64,000 bases of DNA. It comes from an uncultured Pseudobdellovibrionaceae bacterium (GTDB lineage Bacteria; Bdellovibrionota; Bdellovibrionia; Bdellovibrionales; JAGQZY01). Under the pieces are notes generated by a model. It was not told where the DNA came from. It was given only the letters and a program-made list of their open reading frames with translations, and ran no database searches. The stretch's first letter is position 1; each line of letters begins with the position of its first letter. Positions 1 through 9,149 of the stretch are shown piece by piece. The position numbers and the translations under genes are program-made. Location of the stretch: NCBI GenBank assembly GCA_964351315.1, contig CAYGNH010000014.1:3280-67279 (forward strand), in the 5' to 3' direction.

Positions 1-1
1 G

Positions 2-2518
2 CTCTCAGTTCTTTTGAAAAAAATTATCATTCGCCCATACTTTTGGTTCAATAAACGAGCCACACGAGAGATTCCACTTCGTAAACTATCCAAATACAAT
101 TTGGATCCCATGGTTGGAGCTTTTTCCTTATCATTAATAAACTCATGGTACCGACTGCTCGGCAAACACATCGCCATCTTCCAAAAGTCTTTAGAGGACC
201 ACGAGTTTCACTCAAAAGAGATCATCGAGCTAATTTCTAAAGAAAATGAAATATGGTTCAGATCGGTGCAAAGTGACTTTCAAAAAGAAATTTCTCAGGT
301 GTCAAAGCGTTGGACCCGTCAACTTTGCAAAGTGAATACAGCCTACTTGCCAGACAGTCGACTGCGCTATTCGCAGGTGGAACCTCAAATCACTGAAAAT
401 TTTGAAAGGGCAAAAAAGTTTTCTGTCAATTGGGAAGAAAAATTTGTCTTTTGCCGCAATCGACTTAAAGTGATTGTCCAATCGGCACTGCTATCGAATG
501 CCGTAGAAACTCTTTTAGAAGAGAAATTCTTCGGTCCGGTTTTGACGGCCAAGGTTAATACTGATGTCTTGGTAAGAGATGTTTTTGCTTTTTTTGAAAA
601 AATTGAGTCCGAGCTACAAGAAGCCGAAAGTTTTGATAAAAGCGCCTACGAAAAAATGCACCAGGAGACCAAAGCCTTTAGCGAGGACCACCTGCAGGCT
701 GAAATTAAAACTAAATATGTTCGCGGTAGCTTTCGCTTGCTGAATCGAGACATCTCCTTAAATTTGAAAAAAAACCTACCAAAAGAAGAAGGATCATTCC
801 AAATAGCTTCTGAGGCAACTCCGGCAGATCAAGTCAATGACCCATCGGATATCATCGTTAAAAAAATCAACCTCACCGAGTTGTTCGAACAAAGCATCCT
901 AATTAATTTTCTTCCCGTGATTGAAGAAAGAATTGAAGGCGTTTCCAACTACCTTGAATCTTTGCTTTTAGAAATGGAACAAGCTTTTTCTATCATCCAC
1001 TATAGCCTTGAGTCTCAGATCGCAGGGGAGTCGGATCTTAACACCAAAGAACTGTCTGACAGTCTGATGAGTTCAATCACCTCGGAACGAGAAAAGATCA
1101 ACGAGATTTACAAAGGCTTAGTGGACTATATTGATTCTTCAAGCACGGCCACCGAAAAGCTTCTTGAGGAAGTGCAAGACGAAGTGCGCCTAGGAATCGA
1201 AAGATTTTCAGTGGTTAATACCGCCAAGAATCAGTTTCGACAGGGCTTGTTTAACGTGGTTCAGCAGGTTCGCCGATTTAAACGAGAAGCCGACGAACAG
1301 ATTGAAAAACTTTATCAACGTGTAAAAAAGCTAGGTATCCAACAAACTGAACGGGATGTGGATAAAGCGATTTTTAAAAAAATTCAATCGAAGACTTTGG
1401 ACACCACCACTATTCGGCAATTCATCAAGGAGACCTATTCGTTTGATCGAGAGATGAAGAAACTGCCGCGCGTCTATTTTCGCTTGTTTAGTCTAGACCC
1501 GATTCAAGATCGTCGATTTTTTGTTGCCCATCGCGATCGCTGGCGCCATTTTGAGCCTTTTTCCAAAGAAGATGGTTTTACAGAAAGTCAGAAACTTTTA
1601 ATTATCGGAGACCGAGGCATTGGAAAATCCTCTTTGATCAATGTAGCACAAATGGAAATCCAAAACACTCGATTAATTCGAATCGACGGTGAGTCTCAAA
1701 ACGGACCTGTCGCCGAGTTGGCCAATTTGTTAAACTGCAAGAACAACAACGCTTCAATTTTAGGGACCTTGCGAAAGAATGGTGCCACCATCATAATGGA
1801 TAACGTTGACCAAATGCTGAATCGCCGACATTTGGATCAATTTGAAAGACTTTTTGACATCATCAAACAGTCTCCTCACAAGACCCACTGGATTCTTTCA
1901 ATCACTCGGTTCAATCTTGACTCCTTGGATAGGGCATTTAAAATTCGAAGCTTATTTAACAAATTGATCGACCTCAACGAGATCAACCTTGAAACCTCGA
2001 AAGAGATTATTCTAGGTCGTCACCGATTGAGTGGTCTCGAGATCGAGTATCCCAAAACCATGATCAGTGACTTAGCCATGAAAATCGGATTTTCCTCTGA
2101 GGACGAGATGTTCTTCCGCGTCCTTTACGAAAGGTCCCACGGTCACCTCAGGCATCTCATCTTCCTGTGGATTCTTAGCTTATGTGACTCTGATGGCAAA
2201 AAAATTCGTTTGTCTCTCAGTCGAACCATCGATCGAGGCCTACCAATGATTCATGAGTTCTCCGTGGTTCAGAAATATATCCTGAATGAGCTTTATTGCT
2301 TTCATGCCCTAAGCGTTCAGCAATTGAGTCAGGCTTTGGGAGTCTCTTATTCTATTATTGATAACGAAACCCAGTACCTTGAGCACTGCGGGCTGATCAA
2401 CACCAAAGGCATTGATCGCAGCGTTTTTGAAATCCCAAACTCACTGGTTATGCCAGTCGGAGTCGAATTGAAAAAGGAGGGCATCCTGAATGAAGGATAT
2501 AGCAACTTACGGCTCTAG
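2..2518 (+). CDS. Large helical protein with C-terminal P-loop (AAA-like) NTPase and winged-helix end; probably 5'-truncated by the window edge
   Basis: Frame open to the window start; Walker A GDRGIGKS, Walker B-like IIMDNVD, terminal LSVQQLSQAL...LEHCGLI. Confidence 0.7.
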   Translation, partial: LSVLLKKIIIRPYFWFNKRATREIPLRKLSKYNLDPMVGAFSLSLINSWYRLLGKHIAIFQKSLEDHEFHSKEIIELISKENEIWFRSVQSDFQKEISQVSKRWTRQLCKVNTAYLPDSRLRYSQVEPQITENFERAKKFSVNWEEKFVFCRNRLKVIVQSALLSNAVETLLEEKFFGPVLTAKVNTDVLVRDVFAFFEKIESELQEAESFDKSAYEKMHQETKAFSEDHLQAEIKTKYVRGSFRLLNRDISLNLKKNLPKEEGSFQIASEATPADQVNDPSDIIVKKINLTELFEQSILINFLPVIEERIEGVSNYLESLLLEMEQAFSIIHYSLESQIAGESDLNTKELSDSLMSSITSEREKINEIYKGLVDYIDSSSTATEKLLEEVQDEVRLGIERFSVVNTAKNQFRQGLFNVVQQVRRFKREADEQIEKLYQRVKKLGIQQTERDVDKAIFKKIQSKTLDTTTIRQFIKETYSFDREMKKLPRVYFRLFSLDPIQDRRFFVAHRDRWRHFEPFSKEDGFTESQKLLIIGDRGIGKSSLINVAQMEIQNTRLIRIDGESQNGPVAELANLLNCKNNNASILGTLRKNGATIIMDNVDQMLNRRHLDQFERLFDIIKQSPHKTHWILSITRFNLDSLDRAFKIRSLFNKLIDLNEINLETSKEIILGRHRLSGLEIEYPKTMISDLAMKIGFSSEDEMFFRVLYERSHGHLRHLIFLWILSLCDSDGKKIRLSLSRTIDRGLPMIHEFSVVQKYILNELYCFHALSVQQLSQALGVSYSIIDNETQYLEHCGLINTKGIDRSVFEIPNSLVMPVGVELKKEGILNEGYSNLRL

Positions 2519-3230
2519 CCCCTTACCTATCAATTTGCCAGAATTGTCTTTGCAGGTTATTTCTTTTCTACAAATTGGTTTTTTTATAGCCATGGCCATC
2601 CTGGCTTATTATTTGTCGCGCAAAATCCTAGTGGCAATGGGAAATTCAGGGGCTTTAGAAAAGAAAACTCTAAGCTATCAGTTTTTCAATATTTCGACTT
2701 TTATTTTACCAGGCTTGATTTTTCTTTACGGATTGACCAGCGTTTCTCAAGATTCTTTATTTGTTTCGCTGTTGTTCTTTGTGATCTTTAGTATTGTCCT
2801 TGGTTTTTCATTGATTGAACCCTCAAAGTCTATTTTTGCGGCCCTTTTAATCACCCTACGTGGCGACTTGCGGGTTGGTGACTATATTACGATGGGGGAG
2901 CTGGAAGGCGAGATTGGCGCGATCGGCGCCTTCAACATCCTAATTTATTCAAAGAATGGATCGAGAACCTACATCCCCACCAATAAAGTTTTAAATCAGG
3001 CCTATGAAGTTCACGCTAAGAAAGGTGGCCCTTCCATTGTCATCAATGTGCCTGCTGAAAAGATCTCTAAACGAAATTTAGAGCGCCTGGCTCATCTTTG
3101 CTCTTTCAAACGCAAAGGCTCGGATATCCGAATTTCAACCCTTGAAGGGCAACACCGCCTGTCCATTGAAATCGTCAATCGAGAGGCTCGGCCTTGGGTA
3201 CAAAAGTACTTCGATAAACATCTTCAATAG
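2490..3230 (+). CDS. MscS-family mechanosensitive channel domain protein
   Basis: Three N-terminal TM segments, then LRVGDYI...GEIGAIG...YIPTNKV; overlaps the upstream gene. Confidence 0.75.
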   Translation: MKDIATYGSSPLPINLPELSLQVISFLQIGFFIAMAILAYYLSRKILVAMGNSGALEKKTLSYQFFNISTFILPGLIFLYGLTSVSQDSLFVSLLFFVIFSIVLGFSLIEPSKSIFAALLITLRGDLRVGDYITMGELEGEIGAIGAFNILIYSKNGSRTYIPTNKVLNQAYEVHAKKGGPSIVINVPAEKISKRNLERLAHLCSFKRKGSDIRISTLEGQHRLSIEIVNREARPWVQKYFDKHLQ

Positions 3231-3465
3231 ATCAACCCAACTTGTGAAAACCAACCTCAGTCTCCGGCCCCAAGAAGGGACTTGTGCGTCTTCCTACACT
3301 GAGATAGGAATTTGTAGGGCAATAAGTTTGATAGCGACGGCACTCACCATCCCGGCGAAGAGCCGTTGGGTGGAATTTTATTTTTTGCGTACGGAAATTC
3401 AGAAGTCGCGCCGCCTTCCAATTACTACTGCACAAAAGACAGCGCCCACTCTCTTCGCCTATAAT

Positions 3466-4635
3466 TTAACGAATCGCTTCTTCGCCAGTGACTTGTAAGC
3501 CGACCACCAGGCGGTGAATATCCTCGGTGCCTTCATAGGTATTGACCGTTTCAAGGTTCAACATATGACGAATGACCGGGTACTCGTCGATGATGCCGTT
3601 TCCACCCAGCATATCACGCGCCTCGCGAGCGACGTCGAGGGCCATTCGGCAGTTATTCATTTTCGCCAAGGAGACATGATGAGGCTCCATCTTACCCGCT
3701 TCTTTCAAGCGACCCAACTGCAGAGCTAACAATTGCCCTTTAGTGATTTCTTGCACCATCTTAACAAGCTTGGCCTGAGCCAACTGGTAACCCGCCAAGG
3801 GCTTTCCGTTGAACAAAGTTCTTTCTTTCGAGTAGTGAAGGGCCTCATGATAACAAGTGTTGGCGGCCCCTAAAACGCCCCAAGCAATCCCATAACGGGC
3901 CTGGGTCAGGCAACTGAGAGGGCCTTTAAGACCGACGACTCCAGGGAGAATTGCATCTTCAGGCACCACGCAATCTTGCATATGCAATTCGCTGGTCGTA
4001 CTAACTCGAAGAGAAAATTTCCCTTTCATGAGCGATGTGCTAAAGCCGGGGGTTCCCTTTTCGATAATAAAACCTCGAACCTTTCCGTCCAGCTTAGCCC
4101 AAACAACAGCGATATCGCTAACGCAGCCATTGGTGATCCACATCTTGTTTCCATTAATTTTATAGCCTCCACTGACTTTTTCAGCCGTGGTCAACATCGC
4201 ACCCGGGTTGGAGCCGGCATCGGGCTCGGTCAAACCAAAGCAACCGATCATCTCGGCTTTTGCAAGTTTCGGCAGGTACTTTTTCTTTTGCTCTTCTGAT
4301 CCGTAAGTGTAAATCGGATACATCACCAAGGCGCCTTGGACCGAGCAAAAAGAGCGAATTCCTGAATCCGCGCGTTCAAGCTCCTGCATGACCAAGCCGT
4401 AGGAGACATTGCCAAGCCCCGGGCAATCATAACCTTTTATGGTTGAACCGAGAAGACCCAGCTCTCCAAACCGAGGCACCAAGTCCATGGGAAATTTCTC
4501 TTCACGATTGGCCATTTGCAAGGTGGGAATGATTTCTTTGGTCGCAAATTCGCGAACCGTATCGCGCACCATCAGTTCTTCTTCGCTTAATAGACTATCG
4601 AAATCCATATAATTGAGTGATTCGTAAGCAGCCAT
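3466..4635 (-). CDS. gcdH: Acyl-CoA dehydrogenase, glutaryl-CoA dehydrogenase type
   Basis: GCFGLTEPDAGSNP, KMWITNG, ARYGIAWG, RHMLNLETVNTYEGTEDIH are typical of GCDH. Confidence 0.85.
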   Translation of the reverse strand: MAAYESLNYMDFDSLLSEEELMVRDTVREFATKEIIPTLQMANREEKFPMDLVPRFGELGLLGSTIKGYDCPGLGNVSYGLVMQELERADSGIRSFCSVQGALVMYPIYTYGSEEQKKKYLPKLAKAEMIGCFGLTEPDAGSNPGAMLTTAEKVSGGYKINGNKMWITNGCVSDIAVVWAKLDGKVRGFIIEKGTPGFSTSLMKGKFSLRVSTTSELHMQDCVVPEDAILPGVVGLKGPLSCLTQARYGIAWGVLGAANTCYHEALHYSKERTLFNGKPLAGYQLAQAKLVKMVQEITKGQLLALQLGRLKEAGKMEPHHVSLAKMNNCRMALDVAREARDMLGGNGIIDEYPVIRHMLNLETVNTYEGTEDIHRLVVGLQVTGEEAIR

Positions 4636-4773
4636 GCTGGTCTCCTTTTCTCGCTATAGGTCTAGCACCAAATTTCAAAATAGCATTGCTATGACTGATA
4701 GGATAAGGGAAAATTCCTGTGAAGAATAGCAAATGACCCCTTATGCATCATATCAAGAGGGGAAAGGAAGGGC

Positions 4774-6987
4774 ATGAGCGTTTTCAATCGGGCCGAAGTG
4801 ATTGATAAAAACTTTCAAGAGGCGGTGACTCACCATAACCTTCCTGAAGGCCATAGAAGTACCGCCTTCAATCCACAACTGATGACCCAAGAGGAATTGA
4901 TCGATCTGTTTGAAAGCCAAGTGATGAGCCGATGCTTGGACCTACGCGCACGCGAGCTGAAAAAAGACGGGCATTGTTACTACACCATCGGCAGCTCCGG
5001 ACACGAAGGCAACGCAGCTTTTGCCAAGGCCTTTCGTCCCACCGATGTCGCTTTTTTACACTATCGCAGTGGCGCTTTTTTTATTCAGCGGGCCAAACAG
5101 AAAACAGGCATGACCCCTTTATTTGATTTGCTTCTCTCGTTTATGGCCTCCAAACAAGACCCCATATCCGGAGGCCGTCACAAAGTCTTGGGCAGCCTCG
5201 AGTTGTGTATTCCTCCACAAACTTCGACCATTGCCTCGCATTTGCCAAAAGCCGTGGGGGCCGCTCTTTCCATTGGTAAAGCCAAGGACTTAAACCTTCA
5301 AAGCCATTGGCCCGATGACAGCGTGGCTCTTTGTAGCTTCGGCGACGCTTCGGCCAATCACTCAACCGCGCTCGGTGCCATCAACACCGCCAGTTGGGTA
5401 GCCTATCAGAACATCAAACTGCCGCTGGTCTTTTTTTGTGAAGACAACGGATTGGGAATTTCCGTCAAAACACCAACCGATTGGATTAAAAGGAATTTCT
5501 CGGGACGTCCCAGTCTTTTGTATTTGGAGTGTGACGGCCTCAATTTAGTGGACGTCTACCAGACCTGTCGTCATGCGGCTCAACATGCGCGTGCTCGTAA
5601 GAAACCGGTTTTTATTCGCATGAAAACGGTTCGATTGCTGGGGCATGCGGGCAGCGATGTGGAGTCTAACTATCACTCGATGGACTTTATTAAAGCCAGT
5701 GAAGCTCAGGATCCGCTTTTGCACAGCGCTCGCCTTTTGATAGAGAATAAAATTCTTAGCAGTGAAGAAATCCTGAATCTTTACCAGCAGATCCAAAAAA
5801 GAGTTCAACATGTCTCCGAACAAGTAGTGCTTCGAAAACCTTTACAAACCATCGATGAAGTCGCAGAATCGATCACCGCTTGTACCGACAAAAAGAAACC
5901 ACAACCCTTGGCCGATGAAAACAGTCGGCAGCAGCTTTTTGACAAAGAGTTCACCAAACTGGCCAGCCCTCAACATATGGCCAAACTGATCAATTGGGGA
6001 CTCAACGATTTAATGCTTCAATATCCTAACACCTTGGTTTTTGGCGAAGATGTGGCCGAGAAGGGTGGAGTTTACCATGTTACTGATAATTTGAAGAAAC
6101 GCTTCCGTTCGAGGCGAGTGTTCAACTCTCCTTTAGATGAACAATCTATTTTAGGAACAGCGATCGGGCTTGCCCATAATAATTTTATCCCGATCCCAGA
6201 GATTCAATTTTTGGCCTACGTTCACAACGCCGAAGATCAAATTCGCGGCGAAGCCGCCACCCTTAGTTTTTTCTCCCAGGGTCAGTTCACTAACCCCATG
6301 GTGATTCGCATTGCCGGTTTGGCTTATCAAAAAGGCTTTGGTGGTCACTTTCACAATGACAACTCACTGGCTGTGTTTCGCGACATCCCAGGCTTGATTA
6401 TTGCTGTCCCCAGCAATGGGGCCGATGCCGTCAAAATGCTTCGAACTTGCGTCAAAGAGGCTCACGAAAACGGACGGATCAGTGTTTTTATTGAACCCAT
6501 TGCGCTTTACATGACTCGCGACCTTCATGCTGAAAACGACAAAGCATGGACCTTCGGCTACCCTGAACCCAATCAACACTCACTGCTCGGCGAGTGGAGC
6601 ACCTATGGAGACGGGGGCTGCGTGATTCTGACCTATGGCAACGGCACCTATCTTTCTTTGCAAGCTCAAAAAGTCTTGAAGGAAAAACACAACATTGAAA
6701 CTCAAGTGATTGATTTAAAATGGATTGCACCCCTGAACTATCAAAAGTTAAACCAAGCGATCGGCTCTGGCAAAAAGGTGATGGTGGTAGAAGAATGTCG
6801 GCTGACCGGATCTTTTGCCGAAGGTCTTGTGTCGCGATTGGTGATGCTGAATCCAAATAACCGCTATCATATTCATGGGGCTTCCGATTGCTTTATTCCT
6901 TTGGGGCCGGCGGCCACCGCAGGCCTCCCCAGTCGAGAATCCATCGTCAAAAGTGTACAAGATTTTGTCGGAGGCTTTTATGAGTAA
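4774..6987 (+). CDS. Fused alpha/beta E1 subunit of a TPP-dependent 2-oxoacid dehydrogenase
   Basis: SFGDAS...EDN TPP motif, RLLGHAGSD, FGEDV, EIQF, GGHFH, transketolase-like C-terminus. Confidence 0.85.
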   Translation: MSVFNRAEVIDKNFQEAVTHHNLPEGHRSTAFNPQLMTQEELIDLFESQVMSRCLDLRARELKKDGHCYYTIGSSGHEGNAAFAKAFRPTDVAFLHYRSGAFFIQRAKQKTGMTPLFDLLLSFMASKQDPISGGRHKVLGSLELCIPPQTSTIASHLPKAVGAALSIGKAKDLNLQSHWPDDSVALCSFGDASANHSTALGAINTASWVAYQNIKLPLVFFCEDNGLGISVKTPTDWIKRNFSGRPSLLYLECDGLNLVDVYQTCRHAAQHARARKKPVFIRMKTVRLLGHAGSDVESNYHSMDFIKASEAQDPLLHSARLLIENKILSSEEILNLYQQIQKRVQHVSEQVVLRKPLQTIDEVAESITACTDKKKPQPLADENSRQQLFDKEFTKLASPQHMAKLINWGLNDLMLQYPNTLVFGEDVAEKGGVYHVTDNLKKRFRSRRVFNSPLDEQSILGTAIGLAHNNFIPIPEIQFLAYVHNAEDQIRGEAATLSFFSQGQFTNPMVIRIAGLAYQKGFGGHFHNDNSLAVFRDIPGLIIAVPSNGADAVKMLRTCVKEAHENGRISVFIEPIALYMTRDLHAENDKAWTFGYPEPNQHSLLGEWSTYGDGGCVILTYGNGTYLSLQAQKVLKEKHNIETQVIDLKWIAPLNYQKLNQAIGSGKKVMVVEECRLTGSFAEGLVSRLVMLNPNNRYHIHGASDCFIPLGPAATAGLPSRESIVKSVQDFVGGFYE

Positions 6988-8011
6988 AAAAAGAGCGGTG
7001 GTGATCTGCCCTGGACGAGGTTCCTACACCAAAGACAATCTAGGGACTTTGCCAAATCGGAAAAGCATTCAGTTGGATCTACAGCAGATCGATCAAGACC
7101 GAAAAGATCGTGGTTACCCCACCGTCACCGAGCTCGACGGCGCTGAGAAATTTAAGGTTTCTGTGCATACGAAAGGGGAGCATGCCTCGCCCTTAATCTA
7201 CACCTGCGCTAAGGCTGATTTTCTGGAAATCAACCAGGACCAAATAGAAATCAGTGCGATTGCTGGAAATTCCATGGGCTGGTATCTCTCTTTGGCTTTT
7301 GCAGGCGCTTTAGACCCTAAAGACTCCTTTCATTTGATTCAAACCATGGGTGCGATGATGGAAAAGGAATTGATTGGGGGACAGGTCATTTATCCCATCG
7401 TTGATGAAAATTGGCGAATAGACCCCGAACGCATCACTCAACTGGAGAAAAAGGTTCAAGAAATTAATGCCGAAGGGGATTGTGAAGTCTACACCTCCAT
7501 TCACTTGGGGGGCTACAAGGTTTTGGCTGGCAATAAAAAAGGGGTGTCTCGACTGCTAGAAGTTCTCCCCAAACAAGACCCTTACCCCTTTCAGTTGGTC
7601 AACCACGGAGCCTTTCACACCCCTTTGCTTAAAGAAATCTCAGAAACTGCTGAGCACGCCCTTTACCGCATTCGCTTTCAAAAACCGACAATCCCCATGA
7701 TCGATGGACGCGGTCATATCTGGTCAACCTACGCCACCAACAGCAAGGACTTGTACGATTATACACTAGGGCATCAAGTGACTGAAACCTATGACTTTAC
7801 CAAGTCCATCGAAGTCGCCCTTAAAGAATTTGCGCCGGATTTGTTGATACTTCTTGGACCAGGCAACTCCTTAGGGGGGGCCATCGGGCAGATCCTCATT
7901 GAAAACGACTGGCTTGGACTACGCAATAAAAGTGACTTTCAGGAGCGACAAAAACAACAGCCCTTTTTAATCTCAATGGGGGTTCCTGAACAGGCGTCTT
8001 TGGTCAAATAG
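6980..8011 (+). CDS. FabD-like (ACP S-malonyltransferase fold) acyltransferase
   Basis: ATG at 6980 after GGAGG, overlapping the E1 stop; CPGRGS, GNSMG nucleophile elbow, GAFHTPLL, LGPG. Confidence 0.8.
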   Translation: MSKKRAVVICPGRGSYTKDNLGTLPNRKSIQLDLQQIDQDRKDRGYPTVTELDGAEKFKVSVHTKGEHASPLIYTCAKADFLEINQDQIEISAIAGNSMGWYLSLAFAGALDPKDSFHLIQTMGAMMEKELIGGQVIYPIVDENWRIDPERITQLEKKVQEINAEGDCEVYTSIHLGGYKVLAGNKKGVSRLLEVLPKQDPYPFQLVNHGAFHTPLLKEISETAEHALYRIRFQKPTIPMIDGRGHIWSTYATNSKDLYDYTLGHQVTETYDFTKSIEVALKEFAPDLLILLGPGNSLGGAIGQILIENDWLGLRNKSDFQERQKQQPFLISMGVPEQASLVK

Positions 8012-8282
8012 ACAGTCCCCAGGGACCCTTGCGCAAATTGTCGCTCTGAAGATTCAATGTCACCAGAAAACAGTAGTCTTTCTAGTAAGTTCGACTGAAT
8101 CACCCCTTTTGCTGTCAAAAAAATTAACAGCCAGACTTTTTATTTTTTTTAAAAACCGACATTTCTTTCAATCATTTCAAGCACCTAGTTATGGCCTCAA
8201 TTTTGTATTTAGTTAATTCAATCGAACTCGATGAATAGGAATAAGTTCTCAGGAACTTCAATGCTAGCAAAGGCCTTAATAC

Positions 8283-9149
8283 GTGAATCTACTGGATAGA
8301 AAAATTCAACTCTCCGCATTCTGCCTAAGGGTCGGACTGACGCTTCTCATTCTGAGTTCCGTATCGCAAGCCTCCTATGAAAACACAACTCAATTGGGAA
8401 TCAAAAAGGAAAAGAATCAAATCAGTTTGGTGAACAATTTCAGTTACCGAATGTCTTCCGACGCCTTCGACAACAACGACCAGAAGGTGTTCAACCACGG
8501 CCTCGGCTACAATGGCACCTTGTTTTTCCTCGACCAGTACTATGCCAGTTTTGGAGCCGCTGCCACTTACCACAGTGTTGACTCTTCGATTATCGAAGAT
8601 GACAACGCCGCCTTCCACTTCACCGACCTGAGTATCGGTTTGGGAACTAAAGGTTTTGCAATGTACAAGGGCGAACAAGACAGTCTGTCTTTGTTTTCAA
8701 ATATTCGCAATGTTTTCCCGCTAAGTGAAACCAGCCGCAACGAAGGTTACAAGTCTATTCCCTCGATCTCCAGTGACTTGGCTTACCAGAGAGGCCCTCT
8801 CAGTTTTGTGCTTTCCGGACAGTACAGCTATGTCATGAACTCTTTCGAAACTAACACTCGTGGGCTTTACAATCTTCGGTCCTCGACTGTGGCGGGGATT
8901 ACGGCTCGCTACAATTACAAGAGACTTCGCTTTCAATACTCGTATCGGTTTGGCGTTCTTGAATACATGGATGGGAATCGACTAGGCTCCTCCGGCAATA
9001 ATTTTTCCGTAATGGCTATGTTTAACAAAACCCTCTGGGCTGGAATTTCCACATCGAACCTCAGCTACGTTGAAGAGCAATATGTCGATGTTTGGTTTTA
9101 CGACCCTTTTACAAGAATTTATAACCTCACAATGGGAGTGACATTCTGA
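8283..9149 (+). CDS. Probable outer-membrane beta-barrel protein
   Basis: Signal peptide, alternating aromatic/hydrophobic strands, C-terminal YNLTMGVTF resembling a BAM signal. Confidence 0.6.
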   Translation: MNLLDRKIQLSAFCLRVGLTLLILSSVSQASYENTTQLGIKKEKNQISLVNNFSYRMSSDAFDNNDQKVFNHGLGYNGTLFFLDQYYASFGAAATYHSVDSSIIEDDNAAFHFTDLSIGLGTKGFAMYKGEQDSLSLFSNIRNVFPLSETSRNEGYKSIPSISSDLAYQRGPLSFVLSGQYSYVMNSFETNTRGLYNLRSSTVAGITARYNYKRLRFQYSYRFGVLEYMDGNRLGSSGNNFSVMAMFNKTLWAGISTSNLSYVEEQYVDVWFYDPFTRIYNLTMGVTF

